Assembly: GCA_002898395.1 (NCBI GenBank)
Contig: BEHE01000015.1
Span: 1 to 47,141 of the forward strand
DNA length: 47,141 nt
DNA from: Candidatus Calditenuaceae archaeon HR02
GTDB taxonomy: Archaea; Thermoproteota; Nitrososphaeria_A; Caldarchaeales; Calditenuaceae
Direction: 5' to 3'
Shown: positions 17,886 through 27,016 of the stretch, one piece after another
Layout: every line of letters begins with the position of its first letter
Numbering within the stretch: the first letter of the stretch is position 1
Position numbers and translations under genes: made by a program
Notes under the pieces: model-generated
Seen by the model: only the letters and a program-made list of their open reading frames with translations
Told to the model about the DNA's origin: nothing
Databases searched by the model: none

Positions 17886-18338
17886 GTGGGTTCTTTGGGC
17901 TACTGGTCGCCTTCACGATTGGCGCACCTATCCTCAGCCATCCTCTCAGCCGTAGGTCTCCCCCTCTCAATCTATCTAGTCTCACCAGGCGACCTCCCCC
18001 AGTTCTGCGAGATTGGCAGCAGATTCTCCTGCGGGACGGTAATCCATAGCGAATACTCTAGGTTCATGGGCATACCAATTGCATACTTAGGAGCCGTATG
18101 GTTCGGCGCAGCCCTGGCCTTGTCCCTCGCAGCGGTGGCTGGGCTCAGGGTCGGGAACATCCTACTATACTGGTCAGTTCTAGGCGTTCTCGGAGCACTG
18201 GCCCTCCTGCTCGTAGAGATATTTATAATAGGTAGTATATGCCTGCTCTGCAGCTTTGCGCACGCGGCGGGGGCAGGGGTCTTTGCGGCGGCCTATCTAG
18301 CACGCCTCTGGTCTCAGCCGCCCATAACCTCTGGGTAG
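17886..18338 (+). CDS. Vitamin K epoxide reductase (VKOR) family protein
   Basis: Loop cysteines C..FSC, SEYS, CLLC active site, 4 TM segments. Confidence 0.9.
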   Translation: MGSLGYWSPSRLAHLSSAILSAVGLPLSIYLVSPGDLPQFCEIGSRFSCGTVIHSEYSRFMGIPIAYLGAVWFGAALALSLAAVAGLRVGNILLYWSVLGVLGALALLLVEIFIIGSICLLCSFAHAAGAGVFAAAYLARLWSQPPITSG

Positions 18339-18553
18339 AAGTAGAAAGTCTTCCCCACCTCCCTGACGACCTCCCCCACCCCAGCAGCCTCGTCTATCAC
18401 TTTCCCCTTGCCTACTAGCCTAAAGAAAGCGCCAGATACGCCGATCTCCCTCGAAACCCTATCTATAAGCTGACCGACCCGCTCGTCGGGCCCCACCTCT
18501 ACTCTGACCCTCCGCGCAGGGCCTATGAGCGGTATGATCTCTATTACCTCCAT
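18314..18553 (-). CDS. Ubiquitin-like protein with terminal GG
   Basis: 79 aa, beta-grasp pattern (VEVGPDERVGQL..FRLVGKGKVID), ends in VMGG*. Confidence 0.8.
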   Translation of the reverse strand: MEVIEIIPLIGPARRVRVEVGPDERVGQLIDRVSREIGVSGAFFRLVGKGKVIDEAAGVGEVVREVGKTFYFYPEVMGG

Positions 18554-18711
18554 TCCGCCGTCCCCCTTCGCATCCCCATATTTTAACAGAGCAGGAGCCG
18601 CAAAATTGGAGATTTCTTGGGTATGTAGGGAAAATTATCTACCACTGCTTAGATATACCGCGGAGAAAACTCTATTATCGGTTAAGGACGTTTAGCTGTG
18701 AGCTGAGAGGC

Positions 18712-19158
18712 TTGGGAGCGGGGCTAGACGAGGTGGATAGAAAGATCATAGAGCTAATGAGACTTGACGCCAGGAGGAGCTACCAATCAATCGGTAAAGA
18801 GCTCGGGGTCTCGGAGGGGGCCATCAGAAAGAGGGTGAAGAGGATGATAGAGGCAGGCGTCATAAAGCGATTCACAATCGAGGTTGAGAAGCCACAGCAG
18901 GTCCAAGCAATATCTATGATCTCCGTGGACCCGTCAGTCCCAACCCCTACCGTGGCCGAGAAGCTTGCGAGGGTCAGGGGCGTCGAGAGAGTATACGAGA
19001 TCACCGGAGAGTACGACGCCCTAGTGGTCATATCTATGGACAGTATATCTGAGCTTAACAGATGTATCGAGGAGATTAGGACGATCCAGGGTGTGAGGGA
19101 AACGAACACCGCGATGGTACTCAGGGTTGTGACCCCTTCCCCTCAATCAGCTGGATAA
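18712..19158 (+). CDS. lysM: Lrp/AsnC-family regulator, LysM type
   Basis: HTH (GVSEGAIRKRV, GVIKRFTI) and RAM domain with PTP, VYEITGEYD and IEEIRTIQGV, as in Sulfolobus LysM. Confidence 0.75.
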   Translation: MGAGLDEVDRKIIELMRLDARRSYQSIGKELGVSEGAIRKRVKRMIEAGVIKRFTIEVEKPQQVQAISMISVDPSVPTPTVAEKLARVRGVERVYEITGEYDALVVISMDSISELNRCIEEIRTIQGVRETNTAMVLRVVTPSPQSAG

Positions 19159-19669
19159 GCTTTTCAACAGCCTCCCTCGGAGTGTGGGCGCTGTGTATGA
19201 TGGCTTTACGTCTCTCATCTATGTACTTGCCAGCATATTCATCCGCCACGCCCCCTGAGCCCACTAAAGCGACTATGGGTTTTCCCTCCAAGTAGGCCAC
19301 TGCCACCTCTATCAAGGTACCCGCACCTCCGCCAATCACTATGACTCCGTCCGCCGACCAGACGTTTACCATGTTCCTCATGTGACTCAGCCCTGTTGCG
19401 ATCTTGACCTTGCTGTATGGGTTGGCCAGCGAAGTGTCTTTCTGGGGTAGGATAGATACCGTAATACCGCCACGCTCGTAAGCGCCCCTCGCCGCAGAGG
19501 CCATCACTCCCCCAAGCCCACCAGTCAGTAAAACATGTCCACGGCGCGCAATCTCCGCACCCACCTCATAGGCTAAAGCCCTAGCTACATCGGTGCAGGA
19601 CTCCTCGTTATAGCCGACAACCAGTATCTGATACACGTGAATCCACCCCCAGCACTTCCATCCCACCAC
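19121..19669 (-). CDS. LOG-family nucleotide-binding protein
   Basis: TGGLGGVM, RN..NV, GGGAGTLIE and GSGG motifs; probable start near MYQILVVG. Confidence 0.85.
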   Translation of the reverse strand: MVGWKCWGWIHVYQILVVGYNEESCTDVARALAYEVGAEIARRGHVLLTGGLGGVMASAARGAYERGGITVSILPQKDTSLANPYSKVKIATGLSHMRNMVNVWSADGVIVIGGGAGTLIEVAVAYLEGKPIVALVGSGGVADEYAGKYIDERRKAIIHSAHTPREAVEKLIQLIEGKGSQP

Positions 19670-19689
19670 CGTCTCAAAAAAAGACTCTT

Positions 19690-20217
19690 TCAGGGGCGGT
19701 GCCGCCTATGCCTACCCTCACCCTTGGCCTGGTTTATTGCCGTATCCACGATGTTAGCGTCCATCAGGGCGAGTAAGAGTTCGTCATAGTTCTTCTCAAT
19801 ATCCACTAGGGCGCTGTCGGGGGAGGTTATATCCACCATTCTTTTACATTTCCAGATATATCCCCCACCCTTAAGATTTAGCCTGGTGAACACCCCAACA
19901 AGCCTTCTATCCAAGTCGTAGTTGGGCCACGGCAAGATGTATTCGACGAAGCAGAACCTATACGCTTTTTCATGAACATCGCCGTAGAAGGTGTTGAAAT
20001 AGAGGTTAAGTGGCTCATCCCTCACATAAGTCTCCCAAGTCGTGAAACGCGTGAAAAACGGGACCCAGCCATCCTCCCGTAGCTCCATATCCTCCAGAGA
20101 GACTGGGCGCTTCCAGGCCGATGGAAAGAATCCACGCATCTCGAGAAGCGGTATAATCGCCCTCTGGATAATCCCCTGCCTCATCAACTCTATCCTCTCC
20201 CTGAGACTAAGATTCAT
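19690..20217 (-). CDS. Hypothetical protein
   Basis: 175-aa ORF with SD-like GTGATGAGGG and no recognised motif. Confidence 0.65.
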   Translation of the reverse strand: MNLSLRERIELMRQGIIQRAIIPLLEMRGFFPSAWKRPVSLEDMELREDGWVPFFTRFTTWETYVRDEPLNLYFNTFYGDVHEKAYRFCFVEYILPWPNYDLDRRLVGVFTRLNLKGGGYIWKCKRMVDITSPDSALVDIEKNYDELLLALMDANIVDTAINQAKGEGRHRRHRP

Positions 20218-20325
20218 CCCTCATCACTCGCCAAGCTGCTCGGCCCCGACCCGTGAGCCAATTATTCTCCGCCAAACGGACGCTAAATCTTACTACATAG
20301 CGGTTTAAATAACCTTAACTCGATT

Positions 20326-21120
20326 ATGTCAGAGGGGCAAATGATAGTCGTGGACGCGAATGAGGCGTCTGAGAACTCTAAGATGGTTGAGGCTCTTAAA
20401 AAAGTGGTGGAGGTGGCTGTCAGGCCTCTGGACGCGGGAGACTACCTGATACTCGGCTCGAGGGGGCAGGTCCTTATCGAGAGGAAGAGGATCTTCGACT
20501 TCTTAAACAGCTTGAAGGGGAGGCTGTGGGACCAGCTTACAGTTCTTAAAAGCTTTGAGGGCGAGAAGCTGCTTATTCTTGAGGGCTATTTAGGGCTTTA
20601 CAGGAAGAGTAAGTGGAACGAGACGGCGGTCCTCGGACTCATCGACCGAATCGTGCTGGAGTGGGGGATACCAATTATACCTACGCCCGACGTAAAGGCG
20701 ACCCTCACCTATCTGGTGTGGAAGCATAAGAGGCTGGGCGAGGAGGAGGAGATCAGAGAATACCCTTTGAGGGTTAGTGGGAGGGAGATGACGCCTCAGG
20801 AGCAGGCATTATATACCCTCGAGGGTCTATGCGGACACAAGACGGCCAAGGCTCTGTTAGCCCAGTTCAAGACGCTGGGAAATGTCATTGCCCTCTTCCA
20901 CAACCGTCCAATACTCGAGGTCGAGAAGGCTCTCAGAGACGTAAAGGTAGGTGGGCGTAGAATACCTTCCACTACGATAAAGAAGATGCACGTCGCTGTG
21001 AACACAGTTTATACGGAGCCCAGCCAGGCTGATGTAGAGGGTGTCGATGCCCAGCCCAGCAGAGAGGGCGGAGAGAGTGATAGCAGCGGTCAGGAAGCTC
21101 AAGGAGAAGGGGAGTTATGA
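20326..21120 (+). CDS. xpf: XPF/ERCC4 structure-specific endonuclease (short form)
   Basis: VDANE, GDYLI and ERK..DF motifs, HhH (EGLCGHKTAKALL); no helicase domain. Confidence 0.88.
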   Translation: MSEGQMIVVDANEASENSKMVEALKKVVEVAVRPLDAGDYLILGSRGQVLIERKRIFDFLNSLKGRLWDQLTVLKSFEGEKLLILEGYLGLYRKSKWNETAVLGLIDRIVLEWGIPIIPTPDVKATLTYLVWKHKRLGEEEEIREYPLRVSGREMTPQEQALYTLEGLCGHKTAKALLAQFKTLGNVIALFHNRPILEVEKALRDVKVGGRRIPSTTIKKMHVAVNTVYTEPSQADVEGVDAQPSREGGESDSSGQEAQGEGEL

Positions 21121-21469
21121 GCATGCCTACGAGCTGATCAACCAGATCAAGGACCTTTGCCCGCCGGGCATAGAGTGGGGCTTCGAGCTGGCTAGGCTGG
21201 CCGGCGTCTCATACATCGCAGAGGGTGGCAGGATAGTGGCACTAAGCATCTCGAGGGGCGAGTTCGGCCCCTTCATGGATTCGCGGATGAAGGAGATCCC
21301 GGTGAATAGTATCCCCGTTAACGCCCTATCGCGCATGGTATCTGACCCCGAGGGCTTCCTCAACTCTTTCGTCAACCACTTACTCCAGTGGCTTAAGAGC
21401 TCTTCCACAAACAGCCCATTGCGCGCTGAGGTGTTGGATTTTGTCAACACGCTCTCAGCGAAGAGATAG
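21041..21469 (+). CDS. Hypothetical protein overlapping the xpf 3' end
   Basis: 142-aa ORF, codirectional with xpf. Confidence 0.65.
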   Translation: MSMPSPAERAERVIAAVRKLKEKGSYEHAYELINQIKDLCPPGIEWGFELARLAGVSYIAEGGRIVALSISRGEFGPFMDSRMKEIPVNSIPVNALSRMVSDPEGFLNSFVNHLLQWLKSSSTNSPLRAEVLDFVNTLSAKR

Positions 21470-21478
21470 GAAGTCCAC

Positions 21479-21949
21479 CTACCCTCTCAGCCTCCCTATT
21501 ATCTCCTCCACCTCAAGCTTACCCTTCTCGGAGAGTTTGTACGTCTTCACTCCCGACTGATCAGTGTCGGCCACGAAGTGGTCCTTGTAGGGCTTTCTGA
21601 AGAACTCGGTATCTAGCCAGCTCCTCGGCACCTCCTTCCCCAGCTCTCGCGTCCTCTGGTTTATCTGCTCCCTACTCATTGGTCCCTCAAAGTAGAGCAG
21701 CAGCTCAACGAGCTCTCTATATGTGAGTGATTCGAGGTGTTGCAAAAGGTCCTGTGGAAACCTCTTAGCAGCATGCTGGCCTGAGGGTGCGTACTCTTGG
21801 GCTAGGCGGCCTACCAACTCTTGGGCGAGCGCCACTGCCTCCCCGAGCCCCGACGCCTCAACCAAGCCTCGAACCCTGAGCTTCACTGTGGGCGATAGCT
21901 GGAGCTCGACCTCTACCTCATACGCTCTATTCTTTTCTCCGTGATGCAT
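21479..21949 (-). CDS. Hypothetical protein with C-terminal winged-helix-like region
   Basis: LLLYFEGPMSREQI..YKLSEKGK pattern. Confidence 0.65.
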   Translation of the reverse strand: MHHGEKNRAYEVEVELQLSPTVKLRVRGLVEASGLGEAVALAQELVGRLAQEYAPSGQHAAKRFPQDLLQHLESLTYRELVELLLYFEGPMSREQINQRTRELGKEVPRSWLDTEFFRKPYKDHFVADTDQSGVKTYKLSEKGKLEVEEIIGRLRG

Positions 21950-21981
21950 GACATAAGATATGGTTAGATATAATAAATCCT

Positions 21982-22587
21982 TTAACCACCGGGCCGAGGC
22001 TCAAGCCTTCCAAGGCTCAGTATCTGTGAGGGTCTGAGTACTGAAATACCCGTGACGCCTCCGAGGACCTCGACCAGCACTATCCAGTCAGGATTCTCAA
22101 GGCTCACCCTCCGATCCACCCTAGCCGCTACCGCCTCAATCAATTCGCGGCTCGAGAGCTGTGTGTGCCGCTTCTCCACCACGACCTTGTACGTCGCATC
22201 AGGCGGTATCTTATCCTTAAGCAGGTCTACAGATGCAGCGATCTCCTCCACCCTGCTCCGGGCCACAAGCTCGACCGGTATTAGCCGCATGATTCCTTCC
22301 ACCTTGAACGGCTCCTTAGAGGCTATCTCCCTAGCCCTCTCGACCACTAGGAATGGATCGAGCCTAGTATATGCTGTCAAAACGCCTTGTATCCTAGTTA
22401 TCTCTACTTTGGCGCTCTCGTCACCCATCTCGGCGAGGAGGCTGGAGAGGGTGGCTACACCCAAGACTTCTTGGCCTCTAAGGGTTGTTGCTATTAGGTT
22501 GAATGCGCTTGCCATCCAGCTAGTTGAGGAGTGCGCAGTAACAAAAACATCGCCCACCCCCTTAAAAGGAGTTGGCGGCCCACACAC
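21982..22587 (-). CDS. THUMP-domain RNA-binding protein
   Basis: TYKVVVEKRH..SRELIEAVA..VSLENPDWIVLVEV motif; probable start at MASAFNLIATT. Confidence 0.88.
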   Translation of the reverse strand: MCGPPTPFKGVGDVFVTAHSSTSWMASAFNLIATTLRGQEVLGVATLSSLLAEMGDESAKVEITRIQGVLTAYTRLDPFLVVERAREIASKEPFKVEGIMRLIPVELVARSRVEEIAASVDLLKDKIPPDATYKVVVEKRHTQLSSRELIEAVAARVDRRVSLENPDWIVLVEVLGGVTGISVLRPSQILSLGRLEPRPGG

Positions 22588-22649
22588 CCTTCACCATCCT
22601 CCACAAGAAGTAACTTTTATTATAGGAGGCCCACGCTGTTGTAGTTGAA

Positions 22650-23216
22650 ATGAGTGAGGAGTGGTGGCGTAGGAGGAGGTTCTTGAGACCTTTCGAATTC
22701 ATTGACGAGATGATGAGAGAGTTTGAGCGCTGGTTTGAGGAGGAGTTTAGAAGGTTTGAGAGGGAATGGCCCAAGGAGCTGGTTAGAGAGGTTAGGACTC
22801 CGACTGGCGTGCGGAGGGAGATAGGCCCAATAGTCTATGGATACTCAATAACGATAGGTCCTGATGGGCGACCAGTCGTCAGAGAGTTCGGAAACATAAG
22901 GCCGAGCAGGCGCGGAGAGCTCCCAGCCCTCACAGTAGAGAGGGAGCCGCTAGTCGACTTGATAGTTGAGGATGAACAGATAAAGGTGGTCGCCGAAGTT
23001 CCGGGCGTCAGGAAGGAAGACATCAAACTGACGGTGAGGGACTCCAAACTCATCATCAGGGTGGATACCGAGACTAGGAAGTACTATAAGGAGCTGGATC
23101 TGCCCGAGGAGGTTGAGCCCGAGAAGGCCAAAGCCACCTACAACAACGGAGTCCTCGAGGTGGTGTTGCCGAAGAAGGGTGGCGGCCCCCCGCCGAGGAC
23201 TATTAAGGTCGAATAA
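22650..23216 (+). CDS. hsp20: Small heat-shock protein Hsp20
   Basis: GPIVYGYSITIGPDG, AEVPGV, ATYNNGVLEV and IKVE motifs. Confidence 0.95.
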   Translation: MSEEWWRRRRFLRPFEFIDEMMREFERWFEEEFRRFEREWPKELVREVRTPTGVRREIGPIVYGYSITIGPDGRPVVREFGNIRPSRRGELPALTVEREPLVDLIVEDEQIKVVAEVPGVRKEDIKLTVRDSKLIIRVDTETRKYYKELDLPEEVEPEKAKATYNNGVLEVVLPKKGGGPPPRTIKVE

Positions 23217-23255
23217 CCAGCACCGAAGTGCAATTTTTTGTTATTCTAGTTTATT

Positions 23256-23582
23256 CTAGTCTGGCCAGCTCCAGTACTTGTAGAGTATGTAGGCTTCTCC
23301 GCGCTTGAAGAATCTGTGTTTTACCTCGCTAAACCTGAACCTCCATGCTTCGGGGCTCGGATTCATTCTTTCAGCCCCCTCCACCTCGACTATCTTGAAG
23401 CCTATGATGTCGCCGATCTTTGAGCCGTAGGGGTGGGCGGCATTCCTCATTCGCGTGTCTATCAGATATGATGCGACGTTTTCGGCCTCCTCCCTCGTTT
23501 GCAGCCCGCCACTTAGTCCAAGCTCCTCTTGGGCTACCCAGCCCCTACCCTGGACGAAGAATTCTATGACATATAGACCCAT
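23256..23582 (-). CDS. Hypothetical protein
   Basis: 108-aa ORF in tandem with the upstream gene. Confidence 0.6.
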   Translation of the reverse strand: MGLYVIEFFVQGRGWVAQEELGLSGGLQTREEAENVASYLIDTRMRNAAHPYGSKIGDIIGFKIVEVEGAERMNPSPEAWRFRFSEVKHRFFKRGEAYILYKYWSWPD

Positions 23583-23588
23583 GAGCCT

Positions 23589-24068
23589 TCACCCGTGGCT
23601 TCTAGGCCCCATCCTCCTTATTGAGACCTCGTTTATGATGCTTGTGGCTGCGAGCGCGGCTAGTAGAGTCGCGCCACCTGTTTCCACAATTGGCTGCTGG
23701 CCGGGGTAGACCAGGTGCACTATAGTCAGGGCTGCGCCTAATCCGGCTGCTGATAGGTTTCCTAGCGTCGAAGATGTGAGGGAGAGCGTTAATGCGGCGA
23801 GGGGCGCTATTATGGGTAGGGGCCAGGGGAGAAGCCGAGCTACAGCTGTGCTCGGATTGAAGATTGTGAGGAGGAGATAGGCCCCGGCAAGTATTGGGGG
23901 AACATATCCTAGGAAAGGAGGCCTAGCCCTCTTCTCCTCACTAGCCACGATGACCAGGGTGAATCCGCTTCTACACGAGGGACACTCGGCCTTCCATGCC
24001 TGGAGGTAGACTTCATGTCCACAGTTGGTGCATCTAAAGAGTCGAAGCTTCTTGTCCACGAAATCCAC
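23589..24068 (-). CDS. Zn-ribbon membrane protein, hypothetical
   Basis: CTNC..CPSC followed by about 4 hydrophobic segments. Confidence 0.65.
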   Translation of the reverse strand: MDFVDKKLRLFRCTNCGHEVYLQAWKAECPSCRSGFTLVIVASEEKRARPPFLGYVPPILAGAYLLLTIFNPSTAVARLLPWPLPIIAPLAALTLSLTSSTLGNLSAAGLGAALTIVHLVYPGQQPIVETGGATLLAALAATSIINEVSIRRMGPRSHG

Positions 24069-24079
24069 GTGTTGCGCTC

Positions 24080-25135
24080 ATGCATATATATTTGTGCGGC
24101 GCAACTAATCCTGTGATGGGTTTAGAGACTGCTGATAGCTTATACGATATAGTCATAATCGGTTCTGGGCCCGCGGGATATACTGCAGGCATATACGCCG
24201 CTAGGGCTAACCTCAAGACGGTTATAATAGCAGGAGTCACGCCGGGTGGGCAGCTCATGCTGACTGGTGTGGTCGAGAATTTTCCGGGATTCCCCGATGG
24301 AGTTCAGGGGCCTGACTTAATGGAGAATATGCGGAGGCAGGCAGAGAGCGCTGGCGTAGAGATAGTCTATGACGACGCGGTGGACGTAGACTTCACCGCC
24401 TATCCGAGGAGGATAATAACCTCTGACAGGACCTTCCTCGCTAAGACAGTGATAATAGCTACTGGCGCCTCGCCTAAATGGCTTGGGCTCGAGTCTGAGA
24501 GGCGTTTACTCGGGCGCGGCGTATCTAGCTGTGCGACATGTGATGGCCCGCTATTCAAAGGTGCAAGGTGCGCCGTCGTTGTTGGTGGCGGAGACTCTGC
24601 CATGGAGTATGCCCTCTTCCTATCCAAGCTGGTTGAGAAGGTGGTTGTCGTCCATCGAAGGGATAAGCTCCGGGCGTCGAAGATTATGCAGGATAGGGTC
24701 TTCTCGGAGCCGAAGATAGAGTTTGTGTGGAATAGCGTTGTCGTGGATGTGCTTGGGAGTGAGAGGGTTGAGGGCGTCAAAGTCAGGAATAGGCTGACTG
24801 GTGAGGAGTGGATTATACCCTGCAGCGCGGTGTTCGTCGCAATAGGACACGCGCCGAATACAGAGTTTTTGCGAGGCAAGCTGGAGCTCGATGAGGAGGG
24901 ATATATTAAGGTGAATAGCAGCCTAGAGACCAGTGTTAGAGGCGTCTTCGCTGCGGGCGATGTCCACGACAAGCGGTATAGGCAGGCGATAACTGCTGCA
25001 GGGTTTGGATGCATGGCGGCGATGGAGGCGATAAGGTTCATCGAGGAGGGGTATCCGGAGAGGCTTGAGCAAGAGTATCGCGCTGGTCACCCAGAGGTGG
25101 TTTCTGGGCCTACGGACCCCTCAGAGAACTTTTAG
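24080..25135 (+). CDS. trxB: Thioredoxin reductase
   Basis: GSGPAG, CATCDG, GGGDSA, HRR and AAGD motifs; probable start ATG at 24116. Confidence 0.95.
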   Translation: MHIYLCGATNPVMGLETADSLYDIVIIGSGPAGYTAGIYAARANLKTVIIAGVTPGGQLMLTGVVENFPGFPDGVQGPDLMENMRRQAESAGVEIVYDDAVDVDFTAYPRRIITSDRTFLAKTVIIATGASPKWLGLESERRLLGRGVSSCATCDGPLFKGARCAVVVGGGDSAMEYALFLSKLVEKVVVVHRRDKLRASKIMQDRVFSEPKIEFVWNSVVVDVLGSERVEGVKVRNRLTGEEWIIPCSAVFVAIGHAPNTEFLRGKLELDEEGYIKVNSSLETSVRGVFAAGDVHDKRYRQAITAAGFGCMAAMEAIRFIEEGYPERLEQEYRAGHPEVVSGPTDPSENF

Positions 25136-25739
25136 AGACCTTGTGCGCCTCCTGCAGGGGAATTAGCAGGCCGATCCCCAGAGAGTCAACCAGCATGACG
25201 ATAGACTCGACATCAACCATGTGTCCCACGCTAACATAGTATTTCCGCCCACCCCTCCCTCTGAGAACCACTCCTACCCGCTCACCGCCGGCCTCGAGAT
25301 ATTCCACACCATCCTCAACCCTGGTCTCGCCGTAGAGAAGCGATTTCGCAACACCCACTGACGGAGTGTCTGCAAGTAGGCCGACAATGCTTGCTAGGCC
25401 CGCCTTCCTGGGATGGGCCAGGCCATGCCCATCCACTAGGAGTAGGTGTGGCCTAGCTGATAGCCTCTTGGTGGCAGCTAGCATTAGTGGGGCTTCACGG
25501 GCATAGAGCAGGCCGGGGATATAGGGGAAGGGTATGCCTCCGCAGAATGTAACTGTCTCTATCACCCGCCGCCCAGTCCTAGACCATAGGACTGCCGCGG
25601 CTGCGCCTTCCTCTCCGCTGTAGGAGACGTCGAGGCCGCACAATGTCTCAACACTTTCAACCTTAAGTCGTGTGACCCGTATCTGTCTTGCTAAGAGCAG
25701 TTGGATTCCCTTGAAGAAGTCGACCATATGGGATGTCAA
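25110..25739 (-). CDS. nfi: Endonuclease V
   Basis: GLDVSY, PYIPGLL.ARE, DGHGLAHPR, GVAKS and YVSVGH motifs. Confidence 0.93.
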   Translation of the reverse strand: MTSHMVDFFKGIQLLLARQIRVTRLKVESVETLCGLDVSYSGEEGAAAAVLWSRTGRRVIETVTFCGGIPFPYIPGLLYAREAPLMLAATKRLSARPHLLLVDGHGLAHPRKAGLASIVGLLADTPSVGVAKSLLYGETRVEDGVEYLEAGGERVGVVLRGRGGRKYYVSVGHMVDVESIVMLVDSLGIGLLIPLQEAHKVSKSSLRGP

Positions 25740-25801
25740 TCCAGGTAGAGTGATGCAGTATTGGCGGATATATGTATGGGCTGTGCCGTCGGATGGTTGT
25801 A

Positions 25802-27016
25802 TTAACGCTTTGCGGATAGCGGCTCAACAGCGCGGCTATTCTCTAGCACCATCTCTATCGACTTTGAGAGATCGGCGAGGCTCCTCGCCCTAGCCACTAC
25901 CCCTTTCACTTCTGCTGGGCCTAGCACGATGAGTGGAATACCTTGCTGGGCTATCGTCTCGGCGAGTATGTGGTTCGCTGAGTTTAAGGGGCCTATTGGT
26001 GGAGAGGTGTAGATTGCGGCTGCGCAGTCTCGCGACTCTTCAAGCGCTCGACGCACGCTCTCTGGGCTGATGGGCTGGAATGCCTGTTCAGTAATCACCA
26101 CACCTCCGAGGAGAGACGCGACATAGTAGTCTATGTCGCCCTCATGCAGTACTCCTGTTGAGAACTGATAGCCTAGCCTGGCGAGCATCCTGTAGACCAG
26201 AGAGCCACTCCCACCGCCCGCCACGATGAATAGTCTCGGGCCGCCCTCTATCCTTGGTCTGAACTCAACCGACATGAGCTCTGGAGAGAAAGTGGACTCG
26301 CCGTCGAGGCCGTAGAGATGGATGGGGCCGCCCAGGGCCACGAACTCCTCGGGCGAGTCGTAGAGCGCGACTCTGCCCCCCGAGACTACTATGAGGCGGT
26401 CGGCCATTCTGAGGGCTAGCTCGACCTCGTGGAGTGAGGCAATTACTGCTATTCCTCTCTCCCTGGCAACCCGCTTAACCGTGAGCAGTATCTCCACCCT
26501 CGCCTTCGGGTCTAGATAGGTTACGGGCTCATCGAGTATGAGGACGCGGGGCTCCTGAGCCAGGGCCCTCGCTATCATCACCTTCTGCCTCTGCCCGTCA
26601 CTAAGCTCGCTTAGCCGCCTAGAGGACAGGTGTGTTATGCCCGCGTCGGCTAGGGCCCTCCAGACCTCGCTCCTATCCCTCCCCGTTAGAGTATGCATGG
26701 GGTTGGTGTAGGGGTATCTGCCAAGTGAGACGACCTCGAAGACCGTGAGCTGCGTCGGCCGCGGCTGCTCTGTGAGAACGGAGCCCACGAGGCGGGCAAT
26801 CTCTCTTGCAGCCATCCTCGAGGTGGTGGTCCCAGAGATGTATACTACGCCGCCCAGCGGCTTTAACAGGTTGGCGAGGGTTTTCAGGAGTGTAGTCTTC
26901 CCCGCTGCGTTCGGGCCTATGACCGCGACAAACTCGCCGCGCCTAACCGAGAGGTTGACACCCGCGATGACAGGCCTCCCCCCATACCCCGCTGAGAGGT
27001 CTACAGCCTCGATCAA
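25802..27016 (-). CDS. Fe-siderophore/cobalamin ABC transporter ATPase with C-terminal extension
   Basis: GPNAAGKTT, LSDGQRQ and LDEP motifs; C-terminal AGGGSG domain. Confidence 0.9.
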   Translation of the reverse strand: MIEAVDLSAGYGGRPVIAGVNLSVRRGEFVAVIGPNAAGKTTLLKTLANLLKPLGGVVYISGTTTSRMAAREIARLVGSVLTEQPRPTQLTVFEVVSLGRYPYTNPMHTLTGRDRSEVWRALADAGITHLSSRRLSELSDGQRQKVMIARALAQEPRVLILDEPVTYLDPKARVEILLTVKRVARERGIAVIASLHEVELALRMADRLIVVSGGRVALYDSPEEFVALGGPIHLYGLDGESTFSPELMSVEFRPRIEGGPRLFIVAGGGSGSLVYRMLARLGYQFSTGVLHEGDIDYYVASLLGGVVITEQAFQPISPESVRRALEESRDCAAAIYTSPPIGPLNSANHILAETIAQQGIPLIVLGPAEVKGVVARARSLADLSKSIEMVLENSRAVEPLSAKR

